Virus record (IMG/VR): IMGVR_UViG_3300049830_000142
Span: 32,001 to 96,000 of that record
Reading direction: 5' to 3' (one strand)
DNA length: 64,000 nt
Source of the DNA: a virus
Position 1 is the first letter of the stretch, and each line of letters begins with the position of its first letter. Positions 42,541 through 51,769 of the stretch are shown one piece after another. The position numbers and the translations under genes are program-made. The notes below the pieces were generated by a model. It was not told the origin of the DNA, searched no databases, and worked only from the letters and a program-made list of their open reading frames with translations.

Positions 42541-43950
42541 ATGGCATACTACGTACCATCACTGCTAATCAACCAGGAATTCACACAAATTCCTACGTTT
42601 ACGCAGAGCCCGCTTTCAGCTTTGATCATTGGTCCCATTTTTACAATTAATGGTGTCAATACGATTACTGTAGGCGCAGGCGGAACAGGTTACACTTCAG
42701 CACCTACTGTAGTCATCACTGACACAACTGGTCATGGTGCTACCGCAACAGCTTCTGTTACTTCAGGCGCTGTAACAACGATCACAGTCAACAACAAAGG
42801 TTTCAACTATACTAACCCTACGATTACTTTTGTAGGTGCAGGTACTGGTGCAACTGCAACTGCTGCACTATCAACTACTCGCTCTTCAACGGTATTTACT
42901 GAAAATTCAATTACCACAGCAATCGGTGCAGTAAATAGTCATGCAGATATTTTGACACAGCTCGGTGATATCGCTCCAGGAAATCCATTGGCATACGCAT
43001 GCTATATGGCACTCCTCAATTCTAACAACACTACCGTATACTACGGTGCTGTTGGTACTAACGACTTGTCCGGTTACACGACTGTACTAAGCAATCTCGC
43101 AACTAAGAGCAACAACTACTACGGTATCGTTCCTCTCAGCACTGACTCAACAATCACAGCAGCGGTCATTGGTCACGTAAATGCAATGAGCGCAGCTTCA
43201 GCAGCTAAATGGAGAACTTGCTGGTTGACTGCCTCACTATCTGGTTCAGGTAGTATTCAATCTCAGGTAGATGCTCTAGCAGCTTCTATCACAACTGTAA
43301 ACAGTGCACAGACTGTAATCAGCAGCGCAAATGGGAACACTGGCCCTCGTCGTATCCATTACGTATTCCCTGACACATTCTATGTCGATCCAACTACTTC
43401 AGTAGCTGGTTATTTCCTATCTGCTGCACTAGCCGGTCTTCGTAGCGGATCTGTTCCTCATCAGAGCTTGACTAACACTCAAGTCATTGGACCTTATTAT
43501 CTAGACAAATGTGTAACTACTTTGACATCCACTCAGTTGGATACGCTAGCTGCCGCTGGTACATGGATCGTTACCCAGAATGCAAAGGGTGGCGTCGCTT
43601 ATACTCGTCAACAGCTAACCGCTGACAACTCTGGCAACCTTAACTTCGCTGAAGACAGCGTCGTAGCTAACGTAGACAGCATTAGCTATGGTTTGCAAGC
43701 CGCTCTCGCACCTTTCGTAGGTGTATACAACATTACTCCAGCCTCTGTTCTCAAGATCAAGGCTGCTGTCGATGCTGAACTAAATTATCGTCTAACTAGC
43801 ACTTACACTGAACGTGCAGGTAACCAGTTGAATGGTTACACTATCGTAAAAGTTGTGCAGAATGCGACGATTCTGGACCAGGTTGACGTTGTAGTTCAAC
43901 TACAAGTCCCATATCCAGCTAACTTTATCACAATTACGTTGAGCATCTAA
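42541..43950 (+). CDS. contractile tail sheath protein
   Basis: ALAGLRSG..PHQSLTN; C-terminal VVVQLQVPYPANFITITL. Confidence 0.85.
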   Translation: MAYYVPSLLINQEFTQIPTFTQSPLSALIIGPIFTINGVNTITVGAGGTGYTSAPTVVITDTTGHGATATASVTSGAVTTITVNNKGFNYTNPTITFVGAGTGATATAALSTTRSSTVFTENSITTAIGAVNSHADILTQLGDIAPGNPLAYACYMALLNSNNTTVYYGAVGTNDLSGYTTVLSNLATKSNNYYGIVPLSTDSTITAAVIGHVNAMSAASAAKWRTCWLTASLSGSGSIQSQVDALAASITTVNSAQTVISSANGNTGPRRIHYVFPDTFYVDPTTSVAGYFLSAALAGLRSGSVPHQSLTNTQVIGPYYLDKCVTTLTSTQLDTLAAAGTWIVTQNAKGGVAYTRQQLTADNSGNLNFAEDSVVANVDSISYGLQAALAPFVGVYNITPASVLKIKAAVDAELNYRLTSTYTERAGNQLNGYTIVKVVQNATILDQVDVVVQLQVPYPANFITITLSI

Positions 43951-44150
43951 TGCGAATTATAGTAGCGGGAGGATTGAAAAAGCCAATCCTCCTAGATACA
44001 ACTGAGGCTACAGCATTACTAATTTCAGATGAGGAAGGAAGACCAAACGTGATCTTCAAACTCCTCGAAAATGGAACAGGCTGGATTCGTTATACTAAGG
44101 GTGAAGACGCAAACTTCGCCGAAGTAGCGAGAGACTTAGGACTTATTTAA
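43950..44150 (+). CDS. hypothetical protein
   Basis: TAATG coupling to sheath. Confidence 0.65.
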   Translation: MRIIVAGGLKKPILLDTTEATALLISDEEGRPNVIFKLLENGTGWIRYTKGEDANFAEVARDLGLI

Positions 44151-44164
44151 CAACAATATAACAT

Positions 44165-44638
44165 ATGGCAAATCAAGATATTTTCGGTAAACCGAATTTT
44201 AAGCAAGTATACCCTGTAACAGCAGATCAAGTTCAAATTATTTGGGCTGGTGTCTCAGTTATGCAGGCTACTAACGTGCAGATTCAGTACCAACAGAACG
44301 TCACCCGCAGGTACACACTATCTAGCCCTCAGAACCAAGCAGCAATCATCCCAGGACGTCCTATTGGTACGCTCACTATGGGACGCTTGTTTGTTACTGC
44401 GGAACAAGATCTATTCAAACTACCTGGTTGGAACGTCTGTCAACCGCCTGCTACACTTTGGATTAAGTGCGCGGCAGCTAACACCGGAAGTTGCACTACA
44501 GTATCACCTGTAGAGTACACTCTCTATGGTGCTTATGCGACAGGCTATTCATTCTCAGCTAATGCAGATGACTTGCAGGTTATCGACAACATCACTGTAG
44601 AGTTCCTACAGATGAATGCTTCCGGTTTCACGTCCTAA
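44165..44638 (+). CDS. tail tube protein
   Basis: Follows sheath; QNVTRRY..GRPIGTLTMGRL..YTLYGAYATGYSFS. Confidence 0.8.
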   Translation: MANQDIFGKPNFKQVYPVTADQVQIIWAGVSVMQATNVQIQYQQNVTRRYTLSSPQNQAAIIPGRPIGTLTMGRLFVTAEQDLFKLPGWNVCQPPATLWIKCAAANTGSCTTVSPVEYTLYGAYATGYSFSANADDLQVIDNITVEFLQMNASGFTS

Positions 44639-44667
44639 GTTATAAAGTCCTAGCTCTAAGTTTGCGC

Positions 44668-44706
44668 TTAGCCCTGTCTAAAAACGATTAGACAGGGCTA
44701 ATTTTT
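44668..44706 (+). terminator. intrinsic terminator after tube gene
   Basis: 14-bp stem TTAGCCCTGTCTAA/TTAGACAGGGCTAA plus T5. Confidence 0.85.
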
Positions 44707-44722
44707 CTGATATACTAACTCC

Positions 44723-47059
44723 ATGCCACAAGGACAACAAGAAGCAGGTAAGAACTACGCGCCCTATGTTAACAGTGACTTGTTCATAGGCACTGTAACT
44801 AGCTGTGACCCGGCAACGCATTGTGTAGTTGTATCTCCTGACGGTGAATCTGGACTACTCCATTATCAAGCCCACTGTTTAGCCAGCACTTATTCTAGTG
44901 CTTTAGGTTTCGTAGAATCAATTTTGCCTGGCGTAGGTACTAGAGTACTATGCTTTGGTAGAGGTGACAGCACGGCAGTAATCGGTGCATTTCCTAACCA
45001 TGAAGCGCATGGAACGTTATCTGCCGCAGCGTTAGCGAACAAAACAGTATTAGCTTCATCAGAACCTATTAACGACTCTGTACATAGTTTTGGTTATGCC
45101 TCACACATCACTAAAGCGGCTGTACATAACAACAATCTTCCAACCGACACTATACAGGGTGAAAAAGTTATAGCCAACGAATTTGGTGTAATGATGGGGT
45201 TGTTCAAACTCTTTGCTACACTAAGAGCATCTGAACTCTCTCAAGTACAATGTCATTTTTTAGATGACTTAGTACGTATCATTAGTCATAACTTCCAGCA
45301 CTATACAGCATTAGGGGAACTGAAAGTATTTCACGATGGCAAAGGCATACATTTGGAAGTCGGGGCAACACATAGCCCTGATGAAAGTATGGGTAATGCA
45401 CAAGATCCAAGCATTATTCAAATCGGTAAAGAAACTGATACGGACTATCAAAGGTTCTATAAGTTAAACGATTCTCAAGCAAACATGCTTGAGCGTATGA
45501 AACTCTTCGTAGGTAAACTCGGAGATTTTATTAACCTGCTCATAGTCAAGCCAGCTAACGTATCACATGCGTTTAATGGTAACGTACCTACACAACCTGA
45601 CACTGGTCTTCTACAAGTCAAAGCTAGCTTAGACGGTACATTAGTTATACGAAGTGCTAACGGTATCTATTTGGAAAAGACTGACTGGATCAGAGTACCG
45701 ACTAGGATTAGGACAGCCGAAGATCCAAACGGTGATGATGGTGCTACACTAGGCTATACTGAGAAGACTGACTACACTTTTGACGAGACTTACGTAACGG
45801 CTGATGCAGCTTATAACGATACTGCATTTCTCTATTACTTGCAGCTTAGGGATTACTTAGCCTACATAAACGAAGAGATCGGTTACAGTAATTTCAAGAA
45901 GCATGAAAAGGATTTCTACGTAAACGATGACATAGCTAAGGAAGCTGACTTAGCTAACATGACTTTTGTTGATCCTTTGACTGGTAGTACATTTAAGAAA
46001 AACAAAAGTTGGATAGCATTGATGAAGAACGGTGGTGTTAGTTTAGCTGATGCTTGGGGAAGTTCTATCAATATGGAGGGTGGTAACATTTACATCCAAC
46101 CAGCCAAAGATCTCATAGTTCAGCCTAATCGTAACCTCATAGCTAAGGTAGGCAAGAACGTTAGTATTGCAGCACAGAACGAACTAGACTTGAGCAGCAC
46201 ATCTGGAGGTCTAAGAGTCAAAACTAATCTAAGCCAGTATTTCTACAGTGATAAGAGCGGTATCGTATTGCATGCTAATGGTCCAGACCTTTCAGAAAAT
46301 ACTTATCCTTATCCTGACAGTGATGCAATAGCTGGTGTAGCAGGTGTAGTGTTTAACGCACCTAAATCATCTGTTAGTGCCTATGGTCAGCAAGTTAATC
46401 TGCAAGCCAAGTTTCAATTAGTAGAACAAGCCGCTGAGATCATTAGTCATAGTACATCCAGGACTCGTATACTAAGCGATCAACAGGCACTAGTTTCCGC
46501 TCCTTTTGCGGGGGTCTTCGCTAAGCAAGAGCTGACTATCTTTAGTGATGGCGGTTGCATAGCCATGGGTCTAGGCAGCACTACCGTAGGCTTAGAAGGA
46601 CAAGTTACAGGTATTGTGAACTTTATGGGAGGACAGATTCCTGTAAACGGATACATCAAGTCCTCAGACCAATTTATTACCGACATTAAGAAAACAGAAA
46701 AAGATGTCAACGATTTCAAGCCTGCTGAAGTTCTGCAAGTATTTCAGAGCAAGGACGATTTCAATTTACTTCAATTTAAGTTCCTTCCTACTTCATTATA
46801 CAACCTCGAAGACTCGGACGTTATCCCACAAACCCTATCACAACAGAACGACACAAAGATGAACGGATTGTTGCAGAAATGGGTTGAAACTCCGATCAAT
46901 GATTCATATCCTTATCCAGGCAGTGACAAAGCAGAGTCTTATGTTACCGCAGAGAGCAAGAACGTTTCTGACATGACCTTGGCTAACAAAGCCGTGGATC
47001 TGTTGAATAACTCAACACTAGCTGTCAAAAACGTGTTCTCGGATTACAAGTCATACTAA
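44723..47059 (+). CDS. baseplate central spike (gp5/VgrG-like)
   Basis: N-terminal OB-fold-like GTVTSCD..PGVGTRVL; beta-helix-like repeats; extended -10 TGaTATACT-N6-ATG upstream. Confidence 0.7.
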   Translation: MPQGQQEAGKNYAPYVNSDLFIGTVTSCDPATHCVVVSPDGESGLLHYQAHCLASTYSSALGFVESILPGVGTRVLCFGRGDSTAVIGAFPNHEAHGTLSAAALANKTVLASSEPINDSVHSFGYASHITKAAVHNNNLPTDTIQGEKVIANEFGVMMGLFKLFATLRASELSQVQCHFLDDLVRIISHNFQHYTALGELKVFHDGKGIHLEVGATHSPDESMGNAQDPSIIQIGKETDTDYQRFYKLNDSQANMLERMKLFVGKLGDFINLLIVKPANVSHAFNGNVPTQPDTGLLQVKASLDGTLVIRSANGIYLEKTDWIRVPTRIRTAEDPNGDDGATLGYTEKTDYTFDETYVTADAAYNDTAFLYYLQLRDYLAYINEEIGYSNFKKHEKDFYVNDDIAKEADLANMTFVDPLTGSTFKKNKSWIALMKNGGVSLADAWGSSINMEGGNIYIQPAKDLIVQPNRNLIAKVGKNVSIAAQNELDLSSTSGGLRVKTNLSQYFYSDKSGIVLHANGPDLSENTYPYPDSDAIAGVAGVVFNAPKSSVSAYGQQVNLQAKFQLVEQAAEIISHSTSRTRILSDQQALVSAPFAGVFAKQELTIFSDGGCIAMGLGSTTVGLEGQVTGIVNFMGGQIPVNGYIKSSDQFITDIKKTEKDVNDFKPAEVLQVFQSKDDFNLLQFKFLPTSLYNLEDSDVIPQTLSQQNDTKMNGLLQKWVETPINDSYPYPGSDKAESYVTAESKNVSDMTLANKAVDLLNNSTLAVKNVFSDYKSY

Positions 47060-47060
47060 T

Positions 47061-47561
47061 ATGGAAGAAACTAAAGTAGAACAGACAGTCGTTGATCCTC
47101 TTAAAGAGGTCAAGGCTAAGTTAACGGACGCGGAGAAGGAATCCTTCTTCAAAGCATTTTTAGCAGATGCACCTTATGAAGCTGAGGAATCTCTCTTCAA
47201 CGGTAAGCTCATCGTCAAGTTTAAGACGCTAAGCGTAGGTGAAAATAACTTGGTGATGCAGCAGTTACAGTTTGATAGAGACAACGGTACAGCTAAGAAT
47301 AGTGATGCCTATCTTATTCAAGTCATCCAATATAGGATAGCGGCTAGCATGACACATTTCGACAAGCAACCGTTCGCTATTGAGATCAACGAAGAAACAA
47401 GTCCTACCGACGTAAAGGCTGGACAGACTTATCTTATCAAGAGATTGGAAGTAATGAAGGAATGGCCTACATTTAAGGTCAGCTCTTTGACAGATGCTTT
47501 CAACAGGTTTGAGAAGAAGGTCAGGGCTTTGACAGAGGAGAGCTTCAAAGAAAATTTTTAA
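47061..47561 (+). CDS. tail assembly chaperone (short form)
   Basis: Before tape measure; ends on A AAT TTT TAA. Confidence 0.75.
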   Translation: MEETKVEQTVVDPLKEVKAKLTDAEKESFFKAFLADAPYEAEESLFNGKLIVKFKTLSVGENNLVMQQLQFDRDNGTAKNSDAYLIQVIQYRIAASMTHFDKQPFAIEINEETSPTDVKAGQTYLIKRLEVMKEWPTFKVSSLTDAFNRFEKKVRALTEESFKENF

Positions 47562-47605
47562 CGGGCCGCCGTGTTAACGCCCTTACTAGAGGGTACATGA
47601 GCGGC
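47552..47605 (+). promoter_or_regulatory. programmed -1 ribosomal frameshift site
   Basis: Slippery heptamer AAATTTT (47552-58); -1 frame open into 47597 ORF; downstream GC-rich pairing. Confidence 0.75.
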
Positions 47606-47923
47606 AAGTTGACCTTCCAATACCCTAGGCCACTAAGTAAGCTTAGGGAAGAATTCCTAGTCACTTACCTAGACAACCAAGTGGTGGCAGACCTCAGGAA
47701 AACTGAGGCATTGCTAACCGCTCATCTCATTCCTTTGCCTATTAAAGGCAAGAACATAGGTAAAGAGGTATATGAGATATTCAAGACTTATACCGAAATA
47801 CTTTTGCCAATTGCCAAAAAACAAGCTAAAATTGATAATATAAGCAAAGATGACTTGAAGGCTATTAGCGCAAACCTCCGTCAACTCACAAAAAGTCTTA
47901 AAAAGAAGAAGCCCACTAAATAA
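47597..47923 (+). CDS. C-terminal extension of frameshifted tail chaperone (GT-like)
   Basis: In the -1 frame of 47061..47561 with no intervening stop. Confidence 0.7.
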   Translation: MSGKLTFQYPRPLSKLREEFLVTYLDNQVVADLRKTEALLTAHLIPLPIKGKNIGKEVYEIFKTYTEILLPIAKKQAKIDNISKDDLKAISANLRQLTKSLKKKKPTK

Positions 47924-47925
47924 CC

Positions 47926-50900
47926 ATGGACGACCACTTTATAAATTTGCCGGGTGAGATGCCTAATACGCTAGACCCTTACGCAGGTCAGCACCAGTAT
48001 TCTCCTAACCCATTCATGGGTGGTGGTAGGATGCCGTTCGGTATTGGTAGCATCTTGATGTCGGCCTTCGGCAATAAGATGTGGCCTATCCCAATGCCGG
48101 GCACATCACAAGGTGTTTACGATGCGGTATGGCAGCGTGAGCATGATATGCAGATGATGCATGTCGCTCGTCAAACGGTGTCTAGTTGGTATCCATTTCA
48201 AAACATGGGTGGCATGAACCAAAACAGCATGCTCACTCAAGCAGTATCTTCTTTGATGAGTCAGCCTGATGGTTTGGCTGCTACTATTATGAGCCCAGTG
48301 CTGGGAGGTAATCCTGTGCAAGCTCAGATGGCCGCCTATGCTAATCTACAAGGTATTGGTGCCGCTGGTCTAGGAACTGTCGCTGGTGTGACAGGAACTC
48401 AGATTAGAGGTGGTGCCGACGCATTTGAATCCCAATTCTATAACCAGGACATCAAGAAGATCAATAAAGATTTGGGTGACAAAAAGAAAGCCGCAATATT
48501 GGCCAACATTAAACGAGCTAATATCTTAGGTTTGTCAGATCAACAAGGCACTGACCTATTCAATGAAAGCCGTAACAATGAGATTGTTCCCGGCACTACA
48601 GCCTATAGTAGGATTAACAGAGCTGGTATTACACTAGACGGTCTACAAAGCAAGATCTCTAGTATGGAAAGTACTGGCGATATCCAGAAGTATTTAGAAG
48701 GTGCTGACTTAGGTGACATGACTAGCAGGTTCAAGGAGCAGTTCGGCTCTGCTGTATCAGGTAGTGCAGAAGACCGTGCTAAAGCTTTTGCTGAAGGAAT
48801 ATCTGGTGTAGGTGAAAGTTTGAAAGGTAAGACGTCAGATGTTCAGGCTGTTGTAGACGCTCTCAAACAACTGCAGACCGAAGGCAAGTCTAAGGAGCAA
48901 GTCATGAAAGACGTAGATGCTCTTAAAGATAAATTTAAGTTAGATGACTCTGCAGCTGACATAGTTAGAAAAGGTGTAGAGGAAGGTATGCAGAAGGGTA
49001 GTCAGATACTTTCTAAAGCTGTGGGAGAGAAACTACAGCAGAAGCCTATTAGCGAAGCTGCAAAAGATATTCAGTCTGTGGCTAACTCAATGCTGATGCA
49101 GAAGATCACTAGAGGTGTCAACTATGCTAATACATTAGGATTCAACTACGAAGATTTAGTAGGTGCTAGAGATGAAGCTATTAGACAAAGGTTTGTTGGT
49201 GGCCCTGGTACTGACTTAAATAAACTAAGCGCTCAATTTGGTGGTGGCCAGATGGTTAAGACAATGGACGCTATGAGAAGCGCTTTTGGTAATGACCTCA
49301 CCGGTAAACAGCTTATACAAAAAGCAAATGAGTTCGTAGGTTATAGCAATTATGATCTTAACAAGACCGAAGATCAGAAGGACTTGGAAGATAATTTAAG
49401 AACATTGAAAGCTACAGCTAGAGTTACTGGTATTGACTTTGACACTATCATGAATGTTGAAGGTCAGGCTCAGAATGCTGCAGCTATGAACCCTTTGACC
49501 GCTCACTTAGGCGGTCGTGAGCTAGGTCCGATGGTTAGCCAAGCTGCACAACAGGTATTAGCTATGTCATCTCAGATGTCTAGTGAAGACGTCAGATACT
49601 TGGGTGGGCCTGCCAACATGTTTAGAAGTGCTGTCGAAGGGCAGATCTTAAGCTCTCAACAGCCTATCGCTACACAACTAGCTGCGATGGATACTTACTT
49701 TGTAGGAAATGACAAAGCTCAAGAAGCTGTCAGAAGCTATGCTAAGAACGGCGATATGACGGCCGGCGGTTGGGCTAGATTCCAGGAAGACTTGGCTAAT
49801 CAAACTGGTGTTAACGGCGTAGACTTACAACGCTACTCACAGTATAATCCGTCAGCTACTAGAAAAGGATTCCAGGGAGAAGGTGGAGCGGCATTTAGAA
49901 AAGCTGGTGGGCAAGCTACGGTACAGGGAATTCTACAAGGCTTAGACTTTTATTACGGTGGTGGTGAAGCTGGTGCCTCGATGAAGGATGAAGCTCAGAA
50001 GCTTATCCAAACAGGTCAATTCGGAAAGCTATTGACTGACAAGCGCTTTAATATGGCTGAGTTTGCTCCAGCTTGGGAAGATGCTTTGAAGAAGAACTAC
50101 CTCTACGATTACGCTGTCGGAAACAACAGCAAATTCAAAGCTGCTGATGACCAGGTTCAGGAGAGAGTCAAATCTTCTGTAGAGCTAGAGAAGATAGTAT
50201 CCTACAAAATGGGTAAGCTAAACGCTCCAACTATACAACGTGTCGTTCAGGCTATTGCTAGTGGTGACATGAGCCGAGATGGTCTTAAACCCTTAGCTTC
50301 AGCACTAGGCATTGGTGATGAATTTTTACAGAACGCAGATCTAGTCAAGAACACAGACTATATCCAGAAGATGACAGCAGCTGGTAGTGTTGAAGACTTG
50401 TTAAATATATCTCAGGATGTCTTACATAAGTCCGGTGTATCTACCCAGACTACTAGAGAGTTAGGTGCATTCAGTGAGTTAGCTAAGAAGTACAATATCA
50501 ATAGTGATGACGTAACGAAGATTAGAGCTAGTGGTGGTACTCTGAATGAGCTAAAAAAGATCATTGGTAATAAGTCTGCCATGACTACTGAAGATCAAGC
50601 CAGAGAATTTTATAGGTTAGCCGGTACAGCTGATCAGCAAATGGCTTCAGGTGGTTTGCTTGATAAGTACTCAGGAGATTTCTCCAAAGATAGTTTGACG
50701 GCAGCTATGAAGAAGCCACTAGTTGACCAGGTTGTTGACTATGTCGGTGGTACTGATGAACGCGCTAAAGCCTTCAATGATTGGATGCAGAAGACTGGTG
50801 AACAGCTAAGCAGCGGTCAAGTGATGGAAGGAGATGCAGGCAGTGCTAACCGAGTAAAACTAGGTAAGGCTATCCAAGCATTGGGTGGTAAGAAAGGTGA

Positions 50901-51276
50901 AACTGAAGGCAAAGTATTTGATGTTTTGGCTGGTGTCGCTGGTCAAGGTGACTCTGGATTCCAGAACATAGATGGTACTTATAAACTTACTGGTGCATTA
51001 GGCCAGTTTGGTCAGGCAGTCTATGGTAAGGAAGAGACATTCACTTCTGAGGATGATGCAAAGAAAGCTGTTAGTTCTCTAAGAGCTATCGCTGATTCAG
51101 ACTCAACAGTAACTGGCATCGTGTCTGAAAAGGGTGCGGCTGACGAGACTGTGAAGCAAATGAAGGAGCAATCTGAGGCAGCAATCACTACAGCTTCAGG
51201 CGTAACAAAGATCTTAGGTAGCATCACTGAAATGACAGCTGCACTAAACCGTATCAACGGAACACTAAGCAAATAA
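47926..51276 (+). CDS. tape measure protein
   Basis: 1116 aa, helical Ala/Gly/Gln-rich, after chaperones. Confidence 0.8.
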   Translation: MDDHFINLPGEMPNTLDPYAGQHQYSPNPFMGGGRMPFGIGSILMSAFGNKMWPIPMPGTSQGVYDAVWQREHDMQMMHVARQTVSSWYPFQNMGGMNQNSMLTQAVSSLMSQPDGLAATIMSPVLGGNPVQAQMAAYANLQGIGAAGLGTVAGVTGTQIRGGADAFESQFYNQDIKKINKDLGDKKKAAILANIKRANILGLSDQQGTDLFNESRNNEIVPGTTAYSRINRAGITLDGLQSKISSMESTGDIQKYLEGADLGDMTSRFKEQFGSAVSGSAEDRAKAFAEGISGVGESLKGKTSDVQAVVDALKQLQTEGKSKEQVMKDVDALKDKFKLDDSAADIVRKGVEEGMQKGSQILSKAVGEKLQQKPISEAAKDIQSVANSMLMQKITRGVNYANTLGFNYEDLVGARDEAIRQRFVGGPGTDLNKLSAQFGGGQMVKTMDAMRSAFGNDLTGKQLIQKANEFVGYSNYDLNKTEDQKDLEDNLRTLKATARVTGIDFDTIMNVEGQAQNAAAMNPLTAHLGGRELGPMVSQAAQQVLAMSSQMSSEDVRYLGGPANMFRSAVEGQILSSQQPIATQLAAMDTYFVGNDKAQEAVRSYAKNGDMTAGGWARFQEDLANQTGVNGVDLQRYSQYNPSATRKGFQGEGGAAFRKAGGQATVQGILQGLDFYYGGGEAGASMKDEAQKLIQTGQFGKLLTDKRFNMAEFAPAWEDALKKNYLYDYAVGNNSKFKAADDQVQERVKSSVELEKIVSYKMGKLNAPTIQRVVQAIASGDMSRDGLKPLASALGIGDEFLQNADLVKNTDYIQKMTAAGSVEDLLNISQDVLHKSGVSTQTTRELGAFSELAKKYNINSDDVTKIRASGGTLNELKKIIGNKSAMTTEDQAREFYRLAGTADQQMASGGLLDKYSGDFSKDSLTAAMKKPLVDQVVDYVGGTDERAKAFNDWMQKTGEQLSSGQVMEGDAGSANRVKLGKAIQALGGKKGETEGKVFDVLAGVAGQGDSGFQNIDGTYKLTGALGQFGQAVYGKEETFTSEDDAKKAVSSLRAIADSDSTVTGIVSEKGAADETVKQMKEQSEAAITTASGVTKILGSITEMTAALNRINGTLSK

Positions 51277-51277
51277 T

Positions 51278-51769
51278 ATGGCTGCATACTACTACACTCT
51301 CTCAAGTTCTAACAGTGACGTGTTCCATGGTAACCAAGTGGTTCACCACGGTATCAATATTCCTTTCTTGGAGAACCTTATCAATGCTAACTCCATGGTT
51401 ATCGTGAATGAGGTGACTATCCAGAACAGGGATACCGTTCAATACTTTTTGACTTTCAATGATGTAGTCTCATGGTTCTACTTTGGTAAAGGTCTAGGCT
51501 CTCTTTCAGTGAGCGGTGTGGTCTTGGCTGGTTGTCATAGCGCCGCCAATGATTTTCCAGGTGTGCAGGACCTATACAACGCTATAGGTAAGATCAGAGG
51601 TAAGGCACAGACTATTTTATTTGGTGGGTTCTCATTCAAGTGTGTTCTATCAAACTATACTTTCAGGGCTAATGCAGATGAAGCTTCGGTCAATATGATC
51701 GACTTCAATCTACAGATGGAAATCGTCGACCATCAGATCCCTGGTCCTTCCTATAACCCTAGCTGCTAA
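51278..51769 (+). CDS. tube-like baseplate/tail initiator protein
   Basis: After TMP; FGKGLGSLSVSG motif parallels tube protein. Confidence 0.6.
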   Translation: MAAYYYTLSSSNSDVFHGNQVVHHGINIPFLENLINANSMVIVNEVTIQNRDTVQYFLTFNDVVSWFYFGKGLGSLSVSGVVLAGCHSAANDFPGVQDLYNAIGKIRGKAQTILFGGFSFKCVLSNYTFRANADEASVNMIDFNLQMEIVDHQIPGPSYNPSC

